The position numbers and the translations under genes are program-made. From the IMG/VR virus record IMGVR_UViG_3300034088_000032, positions 347 to 64,346 of that record: a stretch of DNA of 64,000 nucleotides; one strand, 5' to 3'. Below the pieces are notes generated by a model. It ran no database searches. It saw only the letters and a list, made by a program, of their open reading frames with translations, and had not been told where the DNA came from. Below are positions 47,687-56,592 of this stretch, one piece after another. How positions within the stretch are numbered: the stretch's first letter is position 1; every line of letters starts with the position of its first letter. This DNA comes from a virus.

Positions 47687-48306
47687 TCGTCGACGAGTTC
47701 ACCTCGACGATCAGGTTGTCCTGCGGCCTCCAACGCGTCACGGTGCGCCTGGTGTACTGCGTCGACGACCCGGTCGCGGTACGCCTCGACATCAGCGCCG
47801 GCCAGACGACCAGGACATGGCGGTTCGCCCGGTCGCTGCTCGCCGACGCGGCCTGTCTCGGTGTCGCCGGTCTCGGTTTCGTCCGGGTCTGCCGGGTCGG
47901 CGTCCTGGGCTCCACACTGCTGTGGACCACCCTCGACGGCGCCAACGGCAGCGCCGACCTGGCGTTGCCCGGCGACCGGGTCGCCCGGTGGCTGGCACTC
48001 ACCGAGGAACTGTCACCCGTCGGGTCTGAGCACGTCGACGTCGACGGGCTGGCCTGGCGGTTGGTGACCGAGGCACCGGCCGGGCGGCTGGTCGCCGTCG
48101 CCGGCGACCCGGCGACAGTACGCGGCGCGCGCAGTCCCGGGGCGCTGGTGTGGACACGGCCGGGGCGTGCCCGGTCACGTCGGCACCGCGGTGAGGACCC
48201 GGTCGACAGGCCGCCCCGCAACCGGGCGACACGGAGCAGGCTTGGCGGAGTTCTGCCCGGGTCCGACGACGACGACGGCGACGAGCAGGCGGGGTCGTCG
48301 CTGTGA
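47683..48306 (+). CDS. SsgA-family sporulation/cell-division regulator with C-terminal extension
   Basis: L.Y..DDP.AV.L, W.FARSLL.D, AG.G.VRV, A.L.LP...V..WL..T..L.P.G.E. Confidence 0.75.
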   Translation: MIVDEFTSTIRLSCGLQRVTVRLVYCVDDPVAVRLDISAGQTTRTWRFARSLLADAACLGVAGLGFVRVCRVGVLGSTLLWTTLDGANGSADLALPGDRVARWLALTEELSPVGSEHVDVDGLAWRLVTEAPAGRLVAVAGDPATVRGARSPGALVWTRPGRARSRRHRGEDPVDRPPRNRATRSRLGGVLPGSDDDDGDEQAGSSL

Positions 48307-48404
48307 CAAGCAGTGCTAACGCGGCGCTTCCGGTCCTCGCGCCTGGCGGCGCTGCGGTCCGGGTCACCTTGTTCTCGGATCGGGTGGTCCAGGTCCGGAG
48401 GGCC

Positions 48405-48435
48405 TGGACCGTCAGGTCATACTAGTGTAGTATGG
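48405..48435 (+). promoter_or_regulatory. Class B promoter/operator
   Basis: TGGACC-17-TAGTAT; CATACTA-GTG-TAGTATG. Confidence 0.7.
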
Positions 48436-48468
48436 TCCCTGTCCGGTTACGACCAGCCAGGAGCGACC

Positions 48469-48927
48469 ATGACCATCCAGACCCCCACCGCCGACCAGCT
48501 CGCCACCATGCAAGAGATCGCCGGGCGCTACGGCAGCACGTCGGAGGCGCGCACCTGCGGGTACATCGCCCTCGACGGGTACACCGTCGTCCCCGAAGGC
48601 GTCGTCGTCACGGCCGGCGACCAGGTCGTCGTGCGTGGCCGCGGGAACCAGTGGCGCCGGGGTCTCGTGGTCGGCCTCGGGCGCACGCGGATCATGGTCG
48701 GCACGTTCAACAGGTCCGCTGCGCTGGACCAGGCCGTGAGGGTGGCATCGTACCCGCGGGCCGCCGTGATGCTCGCGACCCACACCTGCACACGGTGCGG
48801 GTCATTCATCCACCCGGTGTACGACGACCTCGACGCCGTCGACGTCACCGGGCGCCGGTACTGCTCGGACACCTGCCTCTACATCCACCGGGAGGCCGAG
48901 CGTCCGGTGGTCGGCGCGAACGCCTGA
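48469..48927 (+). CDS. Hypothetical protein with C-terminal CxxC..YCSxxC finger
   Basis: AGGAG RBS; CTRC, YCSDTC. Confidence 0.7.
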   Translation: MTIQTPTADQLATMQEIAGRYGSTSEARTCGYIALDGYTVVPEGVVVTAGDQVVVRGRGNQWRRGLVVGLGRTRIMVGTFNRSAALDQAVRVASYPRAAVMLATHTCTRCGSFIHPVYDDLDAVDVTGRRYCSDTCLYIHREAERPVVGANA

Positions 48928-48985
48928 CCAGCACACCTCCTGCGACCACCATTGCCTCGACCAGGGCGGGGTGGCCGCAGGCGGT

Positions 48986-49327
48986 TCAGGACTGTGTCAG
49001 GTGGTGTTTAGATTGGCCGGCGGGCCGGATCTGTACCCCCGCGCCGCGGAGGCGGTGGAGGATCGTGCCGGGGTCACGCCCGGCGTCGACGGCGATGGCC
49101 GTAGATGGCTCTCCGGCCCGGTAGCGGCGTGCCCACTCCGCGACATCGTCCCTGGTGATAGGGCGTCGGGGTTTGGGGCGGCGCATGATGCCGGCCACGG
49201 TGATGGCGTGGCGGACTGCACCGCGACTGCGGCGGGTGGCGATGGCGATGGCGCGGATGCTCTGGCGGCGCCGGTAGCGGCGGGTGATGTCGGCACGCTC
49301 GTCGTCGGTGAGCCTGGTTCCGGACAT
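48986..49327 (-). CDS. Double HTH DNA-binding protein
   Basis: RRY...SIRAIA....S.GAV..I..AG repeated twice. Confidence 0.8.
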   Translation of the reverse strand: MSGTRLTDDERADITRRYRRRQSIRAIAIATRRSRGAVRHAITVAGIMRRPKPRRPITRDDVAEWARRYRAGEPSTAIAVDAGRDPGTILHRLRGAGVQIRPAGQSKHHLTQS

Positions 49328-49616
49328 TGATTCCTCGGGCGGTGGTGGCGGGGTTTGAACAGTGGTGGCAGCGGTCCGAACCGAGGGGTGGCGTTTCGGG
49401 ACCGCGTTCCCAGCGCGCCGGTCCCCCGCCACCCCCCGGGTTCCCCCCTCCCGGTAGGGAACGCCTGGCCCCGCGATTCCCCCGGCTCCCGGCGTAGTGG
49501 GCAGGCGGACCGGTCCCAGACGATCACCGTACACGGAGCGTGTGCGAGATTGGGTTGCCGACCGAGCGTGTCTCACCGCCCTGTACGGTCGTACCACGCT
49601 AGTGTAGTATGACCTT

Positions 49617-49733
49617 ATGACCTTCCTTGTGCAGCAGCATTTCCCGCTCGGCGATGGTCGCCTGCGCCACTGCTCGTGCACGGCGTCCTGGCCCTGCCCG
49701 AAGCGGGCCAACCTCGCGGGAGTACTCCGGTGA
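49617..49733 (+). CDS. 38-aa leaderless peptide
   Basis: TAGTAT-6-ATG; H..CSC...WPCP. Confidence 0.5.
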   Translation: MTFLVQQHFPLGDGRLRHCSCTASWPCPKRANLAGVLR

Positions 49734-50063
49734 GCTTCCGATTCACACGCCGTAAGAACGGCCGTCACATGACGACCGTGCACACCCACCACCACATCAC
49801 CGGCGACGACCTGGTCGCCATCGTCGCGCCGTTCCTGCGCCCGGTCGACGTCGCCCAGGGTCGCCCGTTCACGGAGTTCCACACGATGTCGCGGGGCGAG
49901 ATCGTCGACCTTGTCCGCTCCGAACTGCACCGGTACGGCGCCGATGGGCACTGGTCGTGGCGCGACCAGTTCCCCGACCCGGACGAGGTCGACGCGCGCA
50001 AGGAGTTCGCCACCAACCTGATCGCCAACCGTGGCCAGAAACCGACTTCGACTTCGACGACTG
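49730..50063 (+). CDS. Hypothetical protein, probable -1 frameshift near 50030
   Basis: LIANR continues in the -1 frame as WPETDFDFDD*, ending before the next promoter. Confidence 0.5.
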
Positions 50064-50112
50064 AGCAGGCCGGGGGTTGTCGGCCGTACCACACTAGTGT
50101 AGTATGGGTGTC

Positions 50113-50664
50113 ATGACGACGACCGGCCTCCCCCGCCTGCTGACCAAGCGTCGGCACCAGATCCTCCGCGCCACCCGGAAAGGCGACGCACGCTGGAGGG
50201 TCCGCCCATCCGGACGGATCTTCACCGACGTCATCGGCACCAGCCGTAACCGGCCCTCCACCTACGAGATGGACCAGCTCATCGCCATGGGCCTGATCGT
50301 CCGCTCGAACACCCGTGTCGGCGAGTACGACGCCTGGTACTACGAGCTGACCACCGACGGCGTCAGGGCCCTCGAACAGGCCGACTGCCTGGTCGGTGTC
50401 CGGGTCATCGACGAGGGCACCACGGTCACGGCGTACGTGGCCGACTCCCCGATCGAGTCGACCGACGTCCTCCTGGCCCCCACGGCGCGCCCTGATGTTC
50501 ACGTCCTCGCTCGCGTGTCGCGCGTGTTCGCCCACTCGGGGGGAGCCTGGTGGGGGTGGATCGTCGACACCTACTCGACGAACTACCCGTTGCCGCGGGT
50601 CACCAAGGAGATCGCCGTCGCGTACCTGCTCGGCGAGGCCGCTGAGAAGAACCGCGGCGCCTGA
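50113..50664 (+). CDS. Winged-helix-like hypothetical protein, leaderless
   Basis: TTGTCG-17-TAGTAT-7-ATG; L.AMGLI..YELTTDG..AL. Confidence 0.7.
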   Translation: MTTTGLPRLLTKRRHQILRATRKGDARWRVRPSGRIFTDVIGTSRNRPSTYEMDQLIAMGLIVRSNTRVGEYDAWYYELTTDGVRALEQADCLVGVRVIDEGTTVTAYVADSPIESTDVLLAPTARPDVHVLARVSRVFAHSGGAWWGWIVDTYSTNYPLPRVTKEIAVAYLLGEAAEKNRGA

Positions 50665-50709
50665 CACCACCGTTGCGCATGCATGCCATGCTAGGGTAGT
50701 ATGGCATGC

Positions 50710-51009
50710 ATGACGACGATTGAGGACCGCAAGGCCCGGATGGCGGCGCTGTTCGCCCGGACCACCACACCGACCCTGATCACATCGCTCCTGACTCTCG
50801 CCACCATCGGTGAGAGGTCGAGCGCTGAGGAGCGGTGGGTCCACGCACAGATCATCAGCGAGTTGGAGCGCAGGCACCCGACGGCAGACGCGGCTGTCGA
50901 GGCCGCGTTCCTGGCGGCCGAGACCGAGATGGAGCGCACCGGCGAGTACGTCGAGGTCGACTACGTCGGCGTGCTCCTCGCCGCGATCGAGGCCACGCAC
51001 CGGGCCTGA
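50710..51009 (+). CDS. Hypothetical protein, leaderless
   Basis: TTGCGC-18-TAGTAT-7-ATG. Confidence 0.7.
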   Translation: MTTIEDRKARMAALFARTTTPTLITSLLTLATIGERSSAEERWVHAQIISELERRHPTADAAVEAAFLAAETEMERTGEYVEVDYVGVLLAAIEATHRA

Positions 51010-51084
51010 CGTCCCGACAAGCCAGGTGCCTCGCTGCGCTCGGCGCTGGTTTCCCTGGTATCGCCCGAGCTTGACCGCCCATAG

Positions 51085-51155
51085 CCCCAAATTCAAGGGC
51101 CGTAAACCATCTTGACTCCGTCAAGATCGTTTAGCTTTCCCCCTTGATTTCGGGG
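51085..51155. repeat. AT-rich nested inverted repeat
   Basis: CCCCAAATTCAAGGG..TAAACCATCTTGAC-TCC-GTCAAGATCGTTTA..CCCTTGATTTCGGGG. Confidence 0.8.
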
Positions 51156-51255
51156 ACCCCGATGGGCGGTGGCGGCGCCCGAAGGGCGGAGGGGGAGCCC
51201 CTCCGCCAGCTGACCGGGCGATACAAGACCCGCTCCGTCCCCACCGGAGGCCGAG

Positions 51256-51576
51256 ATGTCCGAGTTCCCGAACGTCCAGCGGGACTGGACCGACGAGATC
51301 GACCCAGCGACCGGCAACCGCATCGCGTGGGCCGAGAGCCCCGCCCTGGCGTACCGCAAGGGGCTCGACGATGGTGTCCGCCTCGGGTACGAACAGGCAC
51401 TCCGCGAACTTTTCGAAGGGTTCAAGGAGACGATCGGGGCGACGGGCAGCACCACGCTCAGGCAGGCCATGAGCCGTCAGATCGCCACCATGGAGGCCGC
51501 AGACCGGCGCCGTGAGTGGGACCGTACCGCCAGCCTTCCCAGGCCCGGCGACTTTCGCGGCCGTCAGGCCGCCTGA
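51256..51576 (+). CDS. Hypothetical protein
   Basis: GGAGG RBS; ends RPGDFRG. Confidence 0.65.
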   Translation: MSEFPNVQRDWTDEIDPATGNRIAWAESPALAYRKGLDDGVRLGYEQALRELFEGFKETIGATGSTTLRQAMSRQIATMEAADRRREWDRTASLPRPGDFRGRQAA

Positions 51577-51593
51577 CCAGAGAGGACCAACCC

Positions 51594-51788
51594 ATGGACC
51601 ACACAGAGTACGAGACGCTCGTCGCCGACATCAGACGCGTGCTCGATGTCGAGTTGGGCCTGGCGCGGGCGCTCAATTTCTCCGCCGATGGGTACAGCGA
51701 CGCGGCGGCGCAGGCGTGGGACGACTTCGCTGACCAGTTCGCCCAGCTGGCGCAGACCGCCCGAAGGATTGCGGAGGGTATGCGGTGA
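51594..51788 (+). CDS. Hypothetical protein
   Basis: GAGGA RBS. Confidence 0.6.
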   Translation: MDHTEYETLVADIRRVLDVELGLARALNFSADGYSDAAAQAWDDFADQFAQLAQTARRIAEGMR

Positions 51789-52000
51789 GCGAGATCCGGC
51801 AGTACACCCTCGTCGGGGTGACCGTGACGGCAACCTCCGTCATGGTCGACGCGACCGACCCGAACACGGGCAACGAGGTCGAGTTCGTGTTCGAGTTCGG
51901 CGGTGACCTGCTCCCGTCGCGACTTGCGGCGGCTGCCGCCCAGTTCGCGACCAGGGCCGCCGCCGACGCGGCGATCGTGGAACGGGCCGCGAAGCTGTGA
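51785..52000 (+). CDS. Hypothetical protein
   Basis: GTGA overlap. Confidence 0.6.
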   Translation: MSEIRQYTLVGVTVTATSVMVDATDPNTGNEVEFVFEFGGDLLPSRLAAAAAQFATRAAADAAIVERAAKL

Positions 52001-52114
52001 CCTGTTCACCATGTGTGGGCGTCGATGCAGGTCGGCGCCCTTTCCCTTGCGTATGATGCTATGCTAGTGTAGTATCGTATTTAGCAGGTTGATAACACCA
52101 CAGAGGAGTCAGGG

Positions 52115-52360
52115 ATGAACCTTCCGACCATCAGCGTCGACGGCGTCACCTACGAGGTCGAGACCGACCCCTTCGGTCAGGAGTGCCGCTACGACATGAC
52201 TAGCCCTGGCGAGCGTTGTCCGGTCGACGGGCACCTGCTCTCTACCCACATCGGCAAGAAGCCCTGCACCACCTCGGAGCCCCGCAGGGTCAGCAGCGTC
52301 CTCGGCCTTCCGATCGCCCGCTGGGCATGGGAGGGCGACGCAGCAGCACTCCGGGCCTGA
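52115..52360 (+). CDS. Hypothetical protein
   Basis: Class B promoter TTGCGT-17-TAGTAT at 52047-52075; GAGGAG RBS. Confidence 0.65.
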   Translation: MNLPTISVDGVTYEVETDPFGQECRYDMTSPGERCPVDGHLLSTHIGKKPCTTSEPRRVSSVLGLPIARWAWEGDAAALRA

Positions 52361-52426
52361 CGACCACCTTGCCCCCGCCCGCCGCGGCGGGGGCAAGTCC
52401 CCGACTCCACCGAGAGGACACCGGTC

Positions 52427-52621
52427 ATGAGTGACCTCCCCAGCCAGCTCCGCGCACTACACCCACTTGCCCAGGCAGGCAGGCCGGCCTGCTTCGACGT
52501 GCTGCTCGATGCCGCGCGAGAGATCGAGCGCTTGGAAGCCGTCGCCGCGGCCCAGGCCGAGACGATCCGCGAACTGTCCCAGCCCACCACCGGCACCACC
52601 TCCCGGAAGGAACACCGATGA
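52427..52621 (+). CDS. Small coiled-coil protein
   Basis: DAAREIERL. Confidence 0.6.
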   Translation: MSDLPSQLRALHPLAQAGRPACFDVLLDAAREIERLEAVAAAQAETIRELSQPTTGTTSRKEHR

Positions 52622-52923
52622 CGATCGTGCACACCGGCGCTGACGAGCCGTTGGTCGCCCTGTACCCCGACGGAAGCACCAGAGCCGGCACCATCGCGGA
52701 CCTCGTCGAGATCGCGGCCAGTTACGCCGACGCGCCCGAGACGGCGGCCGACGGGCTTCCGGTCGCGGTGTACCACCGCGTCGACGACCGGCTTGAGCCG
52801 GCGAACGTGTTCATCGACCACACCCCGGCCAGCCAGCCGGGTGGCCGGTGCGCTATCGCGATGCGGGTGTTCCGGTCGACGCCGGGTACCGGCGAGCTGG
52901 CGTCGGCCTGGACGACCTACTGA
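52618..52923 (+). CDS. Hypothetical protein
   Basis: AAGGA RBS, ATGA overlap. Confidence 0.6.
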   Translation: MTIVHTGADEPLVALYPDGSTRAGTIADLVEIAASYADAPETAADGLPVAVYHRVDDRLEPANVFIDHTPASQPGGRCAIAMRVFRSTPGTGELASAWTTY

Positions 52924-53012
52924 TCCTGTTCACCGCGTGCGGGTGGGGGCGTCGGCCGACGTCGGCGCCCCCGCCCTTGCGCGCGCATGACATGCTAGGG
53001 TAGTATCGCATC

Positions 53013-53717
53013 ATGACGACGACGACTTTCCCCATCGAACGGCAGATGACCGTCGGTCGCGACGGGTATCTGACCGAAGGGGTCACCGGCATCATCTTCC
53101 CGAGCACGACCGGGATGGACCACCTGTTCGTCGAGGTCGACGGCCTGGTATACCGCACCTGCCCCCGCTGTCTCGACGGATCCGGCACCCTGGAGCAGCA
53201 CAGCAACGTGTTCGGCGGTGTCTGCTTCGCCTGCGACGGGCGCGCACTGGGGACCCTGGTCAAGGGCGGCAAGGCCGAGATTGCGAAGATCGTCGCCCGT
53301 CGGGAGTACCAGCGCGTGCGCACCGAGGCCAAGCGTCTGGCGCGGGTCACCGCACGGGCCGACGAGGCCTGCCGTCGCTGGCAGGAGCAGATCGACCAGT
53401 GGCACGCCGAGGCCATCGAGATCGACAAGGCGCGCGACACCCAGCGCTGGGCCGCCCCCGTCGGCCAGGGTGTCGAGGTTGCCGGAACTGTCCGCGTGGC
53501 GATGCGGGTCGACACGATGTACGGCTCGACCTGCCTCATCGTCATCGACAGTGGCGACGGAGTCGTCGTCAAGGTCTTCTCCAGCAGCAAGGCCGCGCGT
53601 GCTCTCGAACGTGGTCAGGCCGTGCTCGTGGCCGGCCAGGTCAAGAGCCACGAGATCTACCAGGACGTCAAGCAGACCGTGGTGGCCCGTCCGGTGTTCA
53701 CCACCTCGACGGCCTGA
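53013..53717 (+). CDS. DnaJ-type Zn finger plus OB-fold protein, leaderless
   Basis: CPRC.DGSG..GVCFACDG; G.V..MYG..G.VK.H..Y..VKQT; TTGCGC-18-TAGTAT-6-ATG. Confidence 0.75.
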   Translation: MTTTTFPIERQMTVGRDGYLTEGVTGIIFPSTTGMDHLFVEVDGLVYRTCPRCLDGSGTLEQHSNVFGGVCFACDGRALGTLVKGGKAEIAKIVARREYQRVRTEAKRLARVTARADEACRRWQEQIDQWHAEAIEIDKARDTQRWAAPVGQGVEVAGTVRVAMRVDTMYGSTCLIVIDSGDGVVVKVFSSSKAARALERGQAVLVAGQVKSHEIYQDVKQTVVARPVFTTSTA

Positions 53718-53816
53718 CCCCGGAGGGGCGGGTACCGGCCGGCAAGCCCCGGTGCCGGTACCCGTCCCAGGTCGGTCAGACCTACCCATGATCCGTCAAC
53801 CGAGGAGGCACCTTCC
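53715..53816 (+). repeat. Conserved intergenic stem-loop element, copy 1
   Basis: TGACCCCGGAGG-stem-CCCAGG..TCAG; also at 54432, 55172 and 30390-30475 (-). Confidence 0.75.
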
Positions 53817-54434
53817 ATGACCGAGACCGTCAAGCACCCGCTGTTCGAGCTGCGGTACGGGCCCCTGGTCGTCAACTCCATCCCGGTCTACGCCGAGCCC
53901 GGCTCCCCGCTCGACGACGAGTACGACGCGATGCGCGCGCGGTACACGCAGATCACCGAGAACGTCTGGCACCTGCACGGCGTCGACTACACCAACGACT
54001 GGCCGGAGTGCGACGTGATCGCCTACGGCCACGACCACGGGGGCAACATCCCCGAGGACGACGTCGAGGCCGCGCAGATCTGGGCGTCCCGGTTCATCAG
54101 CGCGTCGACGGATTACCACGTCAAGGAGTGGCGCGGCCTGGTGCCGGTACTGGTCGAGATCCGGCACAGGCTGGTCATCGAGTTGACGACGACTCGCAAT
54201 GTGCAGATCGAAGTCAGCGAACGCGACGCCATCCAGATCATGAAGGCGTTCGCCAGCCCCGACTACCTGTTGCCCGACGCATTCGGCCGCCAGGTCGCAG
54301 CGACCCGGGACACGATCACGTACCAGTACCCCGACGAGGGCGACGGCGAGAGCAGGGCGGTCCGGATCAACCTGAACCATGTGGTCGCGATCTACCAGAC
54401 CGTGTGGACCCGTCCGGTCGAGCGTCTGGTCTGA
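53817..54434 (+). CDS. Hypothetical protein
   Basis: GAGGAGG RBS. Confidence 0.7.
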   Translation: MTETVKHPLFELRYGPLVVNSIPVYAEPGSPLDDEYDAMRARYTQITENVWHLHGVDYTNDWPECDVIAYGHDHGGNIPEDDVEAAQIWASRFISASTDYHVKEWRGLVPVLVEIRHRLVIELTTTRNVQIEVSERDAIQIMKAFASPDYLLPDAFGRQVAATRDTITYQYPDEGDGESRAVRINLNHVVAIYQTVWTRPVERLV

Positions 54435-54568
54435 CCCCGGAGGGTGGGGTACCGCGGAGTCGTCACCGCGGTGCCCTCGCCCAGGCCGGTCAGCCCGACT
54501 TGCCATGTGCGCCATGCTAGTCTAGTATGGCACTTGTACCGAGATTCGCCCCTACCGGAAGGAACCAA

Positions 54569-55174
54569 ATGCCCGCGATCGGCATCCGCACCGACGGCCA
54601 GAAGGTGTACGCGACCAGCCCGTTCCACCCGGACATGCGCGCCGGCGCGAAGCGACTCAACGGCCGGTGGCTCGACCCGGCGTGGGTATTCGACGCCCGC
54701 GACGAGGAACGCGTCCGCGACCTGCTCCGCAGCATCTACGGAACCGACGGCACCCCCTGTCAGACGGTGGACGTCCGCCTCGACGTCAAAAAGTGGTACG
54801 ACTACGACGCGGCCGGCGACGACAGGACGATCTACTTCGCCGGTCGTGAGATCGCCTACCGGCCGGCCCGGGACTCCGCGGTCCGCATCGGCGACGGCGT
54901 CGTCCTCGTCGAGGGGAGCTTCACCCCGACCGGCGGATCCGTGAAATACCCGAGCATCGGGGTCTCCTACGTCGACACGATCGTCGTCGAGGTCCGCGAC
55001 ATCCCGGCCACACACCCCCACGTGGTCGGCTCCACTGAGGCCGAGCAGGGCGTGACCGTCCTGACCACCGCCGTGGACGTCGAGGCGCTCAGGGCGGAGC
55101 GCGCGGCGTTGACCGCGCGTCTGGCCGAGATCGACGCCCAGCTCGGCGAGGTCTGGCCGAGTACGAAGGTCTGA
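54569..55174 (+). CDS. Conserved phage/plasmid protein
   Basis: SPFHP...AK.LNGRW..W.FD.RDE..VR.L...YGTDG; class B promoter TTGCCA-17-TAGTAT. Confidence 0.75.
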   Translation: MPAIGIRTDGQKVYATSPFHPDMRAGAKRLNGRWLDPAWVFDARDEERVRDLLRSIYGTDGTPCQTVDVRLDVKKWYDYDAAGDDRTIYFAGREIAYRPARDSAVRIGDGVVLVEGSFTPTGGSVKYPSIGVSYVDTIVVEVRDIPATHPHVVGSTEAEQGVTVLTTAVDVEALRAERAALTARLAEIDAQLGEVWPSTKV

Positions 55175-55255
55175 CCCCGGAGGGGCGGGCACCGCGGATC
55201 GTCGTCGTTGTCGCCGCGGTGCCCGTCCCAGGCACGTCAGCCCAAGGAGGTCCCG

Positions 55256-55543
55256 ATGACTGTTTCCCCAGGCAGGGTGCTCGTGGTGCGACCTGCCGGC
55301 CAGCTTGTCGCCGGGTCGCTGGTCTGGTACTGCACCACCGGCTCGTGGTCGCTCGTCGCAGCCGCGCGACGCTGTGACGGCACCGGCCCGGCCCATCCTC
55401 GTCGCGGCGACCCGTGCGCGGCACTGACCCTGCGGCCGGTCGCAGTGGTCGAGACCGGCCCGGTAGCTGAGGTTCACTTCGGCCTCGACACGCGGCTCGT
55501 GGTCGTCGCGGACGGGGAGGTTACCGGCGGACCGGTGCAGTGA
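55256..55543 (+). CDS. Hypothetical protein
   Basis: AAGGAGG RBS. Confidence 0.6.
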   Translation: MTVSPGRVLVVRPAGQLVAGSLVWYCTTGSWSLVAAARRCDGTGPAHPRRGDPCAALTLRPVAVVETGPVAEVHFGLDTRLVVVADGEVTGGPVQ

Positions 55544-55571
55544 CGTCGGCCCTTATACCAGCGAACTTGCC

Positions 55572-55606
55572 AAACCAGGCCATACTACGCTAGTATGGCC
55601 TGGTTT
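55572..55606. promoter_or_regulatory. Perfect class B operator palindrome with promoter
   Basis: AAACCAGGCCATACTA-CGC-TAGTATGGCCTGGTTT. Confidence 0.8.
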
Positions 55607-55677
55607 CGTCTGTGTGATGAGGAGGCCTTCATGTCAACCCCCGCTCGCCATCGCCTGCGTACCGCCGGTCGCACATC

Positions 55678-55917
55678 ATGAGCCGGGCCACACCCGCGGG
55701 CCGGCCTGTCCGGGCGTCGCGGGTCACCACATCGACACTGGTTCCGGCAGGTGATCCGCGCCGATCGGAGTGTCTGCCGGACGAGGACCCCGCGGCTCAG
55801 GCCGCGGACGAGCGGGCCGCCAGGCGGCGCCGCGCGAAGCTGCGGGTCATGATCCTGGTCGGGAGCCTGCTGCTCTGTGCAGTCGTCGGGTTCGTCCTTG
55901 GCTGGAACACCGCCTGA
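55678..55917 (+). CDS. Single-TM protein
   Basis: RRRR followed by a C-terminal hydrophobic helix. Confidence 0.5.
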   Translation: MSRATPAGRPVRASRVTTSTLVPAGDPRRSECLPDEDPAAQAADERAARRRRAKLRVMILVGSLLLCAVVGFVLGWNTA

Positions 55918-56044
55918 CCACCGCCGTCGAGGGCGGGTATCCCAGACCGGGGTGCCCGCCCTCGACGATGGAGGCGATCCTTGCACTGCCTGTGACCGAT
56001 GGACACCTTGCGCGCATGCGCCATGCTAGCGTAGTATGGCATAC

Positions 56045-56527
56045 ATGACGATGAAACTCACCCGCGACCAGATCGAAGCCATGGGTACGGCTGAGGTCGC
56101 CGCAGCCAGGGATGGGCTGCGCCAGGCGGTCATCGATGTCCTGTGCGAGATCGGCCTCGCCCGCGACATCAATCCCATCGAGGCGGCACGACACCTTGCC
56201 ACCAGGATCACCGACTACAGCCGAACCCGCGGATGGACCGACCAGCAGGTCGAGTATGCAGTCTCCTACCTCGCCGAGGTCGGCGCGACCCTCCAGGACC
56301 GATTCGACGTGGTGCTCGGCCGTCTGGTCGACCAGGGCGTCGACGTCTGGTGCCACGTCACCGGCGCACCCGCCCGGTACAGCGCTGAGACCGGCTGTTC
56401 GGCCTGCCGCTGCGACGGTGTCCACACCATCCTCGCGGAGGCGGCGAGGACCTGCACCCACGGCGCCGACTGCCGGTCCCACCCCGGGGTCACCGGCCCG
56501 CACAACTACGACCGCCCCCAGCTCTGA
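56045..56527 (+). CDS. Hypothetical Cys/His-containing protein, leaderless
   Basis: TTGCGC-18-TAGTAT-7-ATG. Confidence 0.7.
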   Translation: MTMKLTRDQIEAMGTAEVAAARDGLRQAVIDVLCEIGLARDINPIEAARHLATRITDYSRTRGWTDQQVEYAVSYLAEVGATLQDRFDVVLGRLVDQGVDVWCHVTGAPARYSAETGCSACRCDGVHTILAEAARTCTHGADCRSHPGVTGPHNYDRPQL

Positions 56528-56592
56528 CCGACCGGGCCGGATGCCGCCCCCGCGGCACCCGGCCCTCATCCTCGAAAGGGGGTCACCTCTCG

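Noticed and set aside
49424-49453. G-quadruplex-like G runs on the minus strand upstream of the HTH gene
   Set aside because: Such runs are common at this GC content; no supporting evidence
53715-55255. Repeats as a CRISPR array
   Set aside because: Copies are separated by whole genes and vary internally
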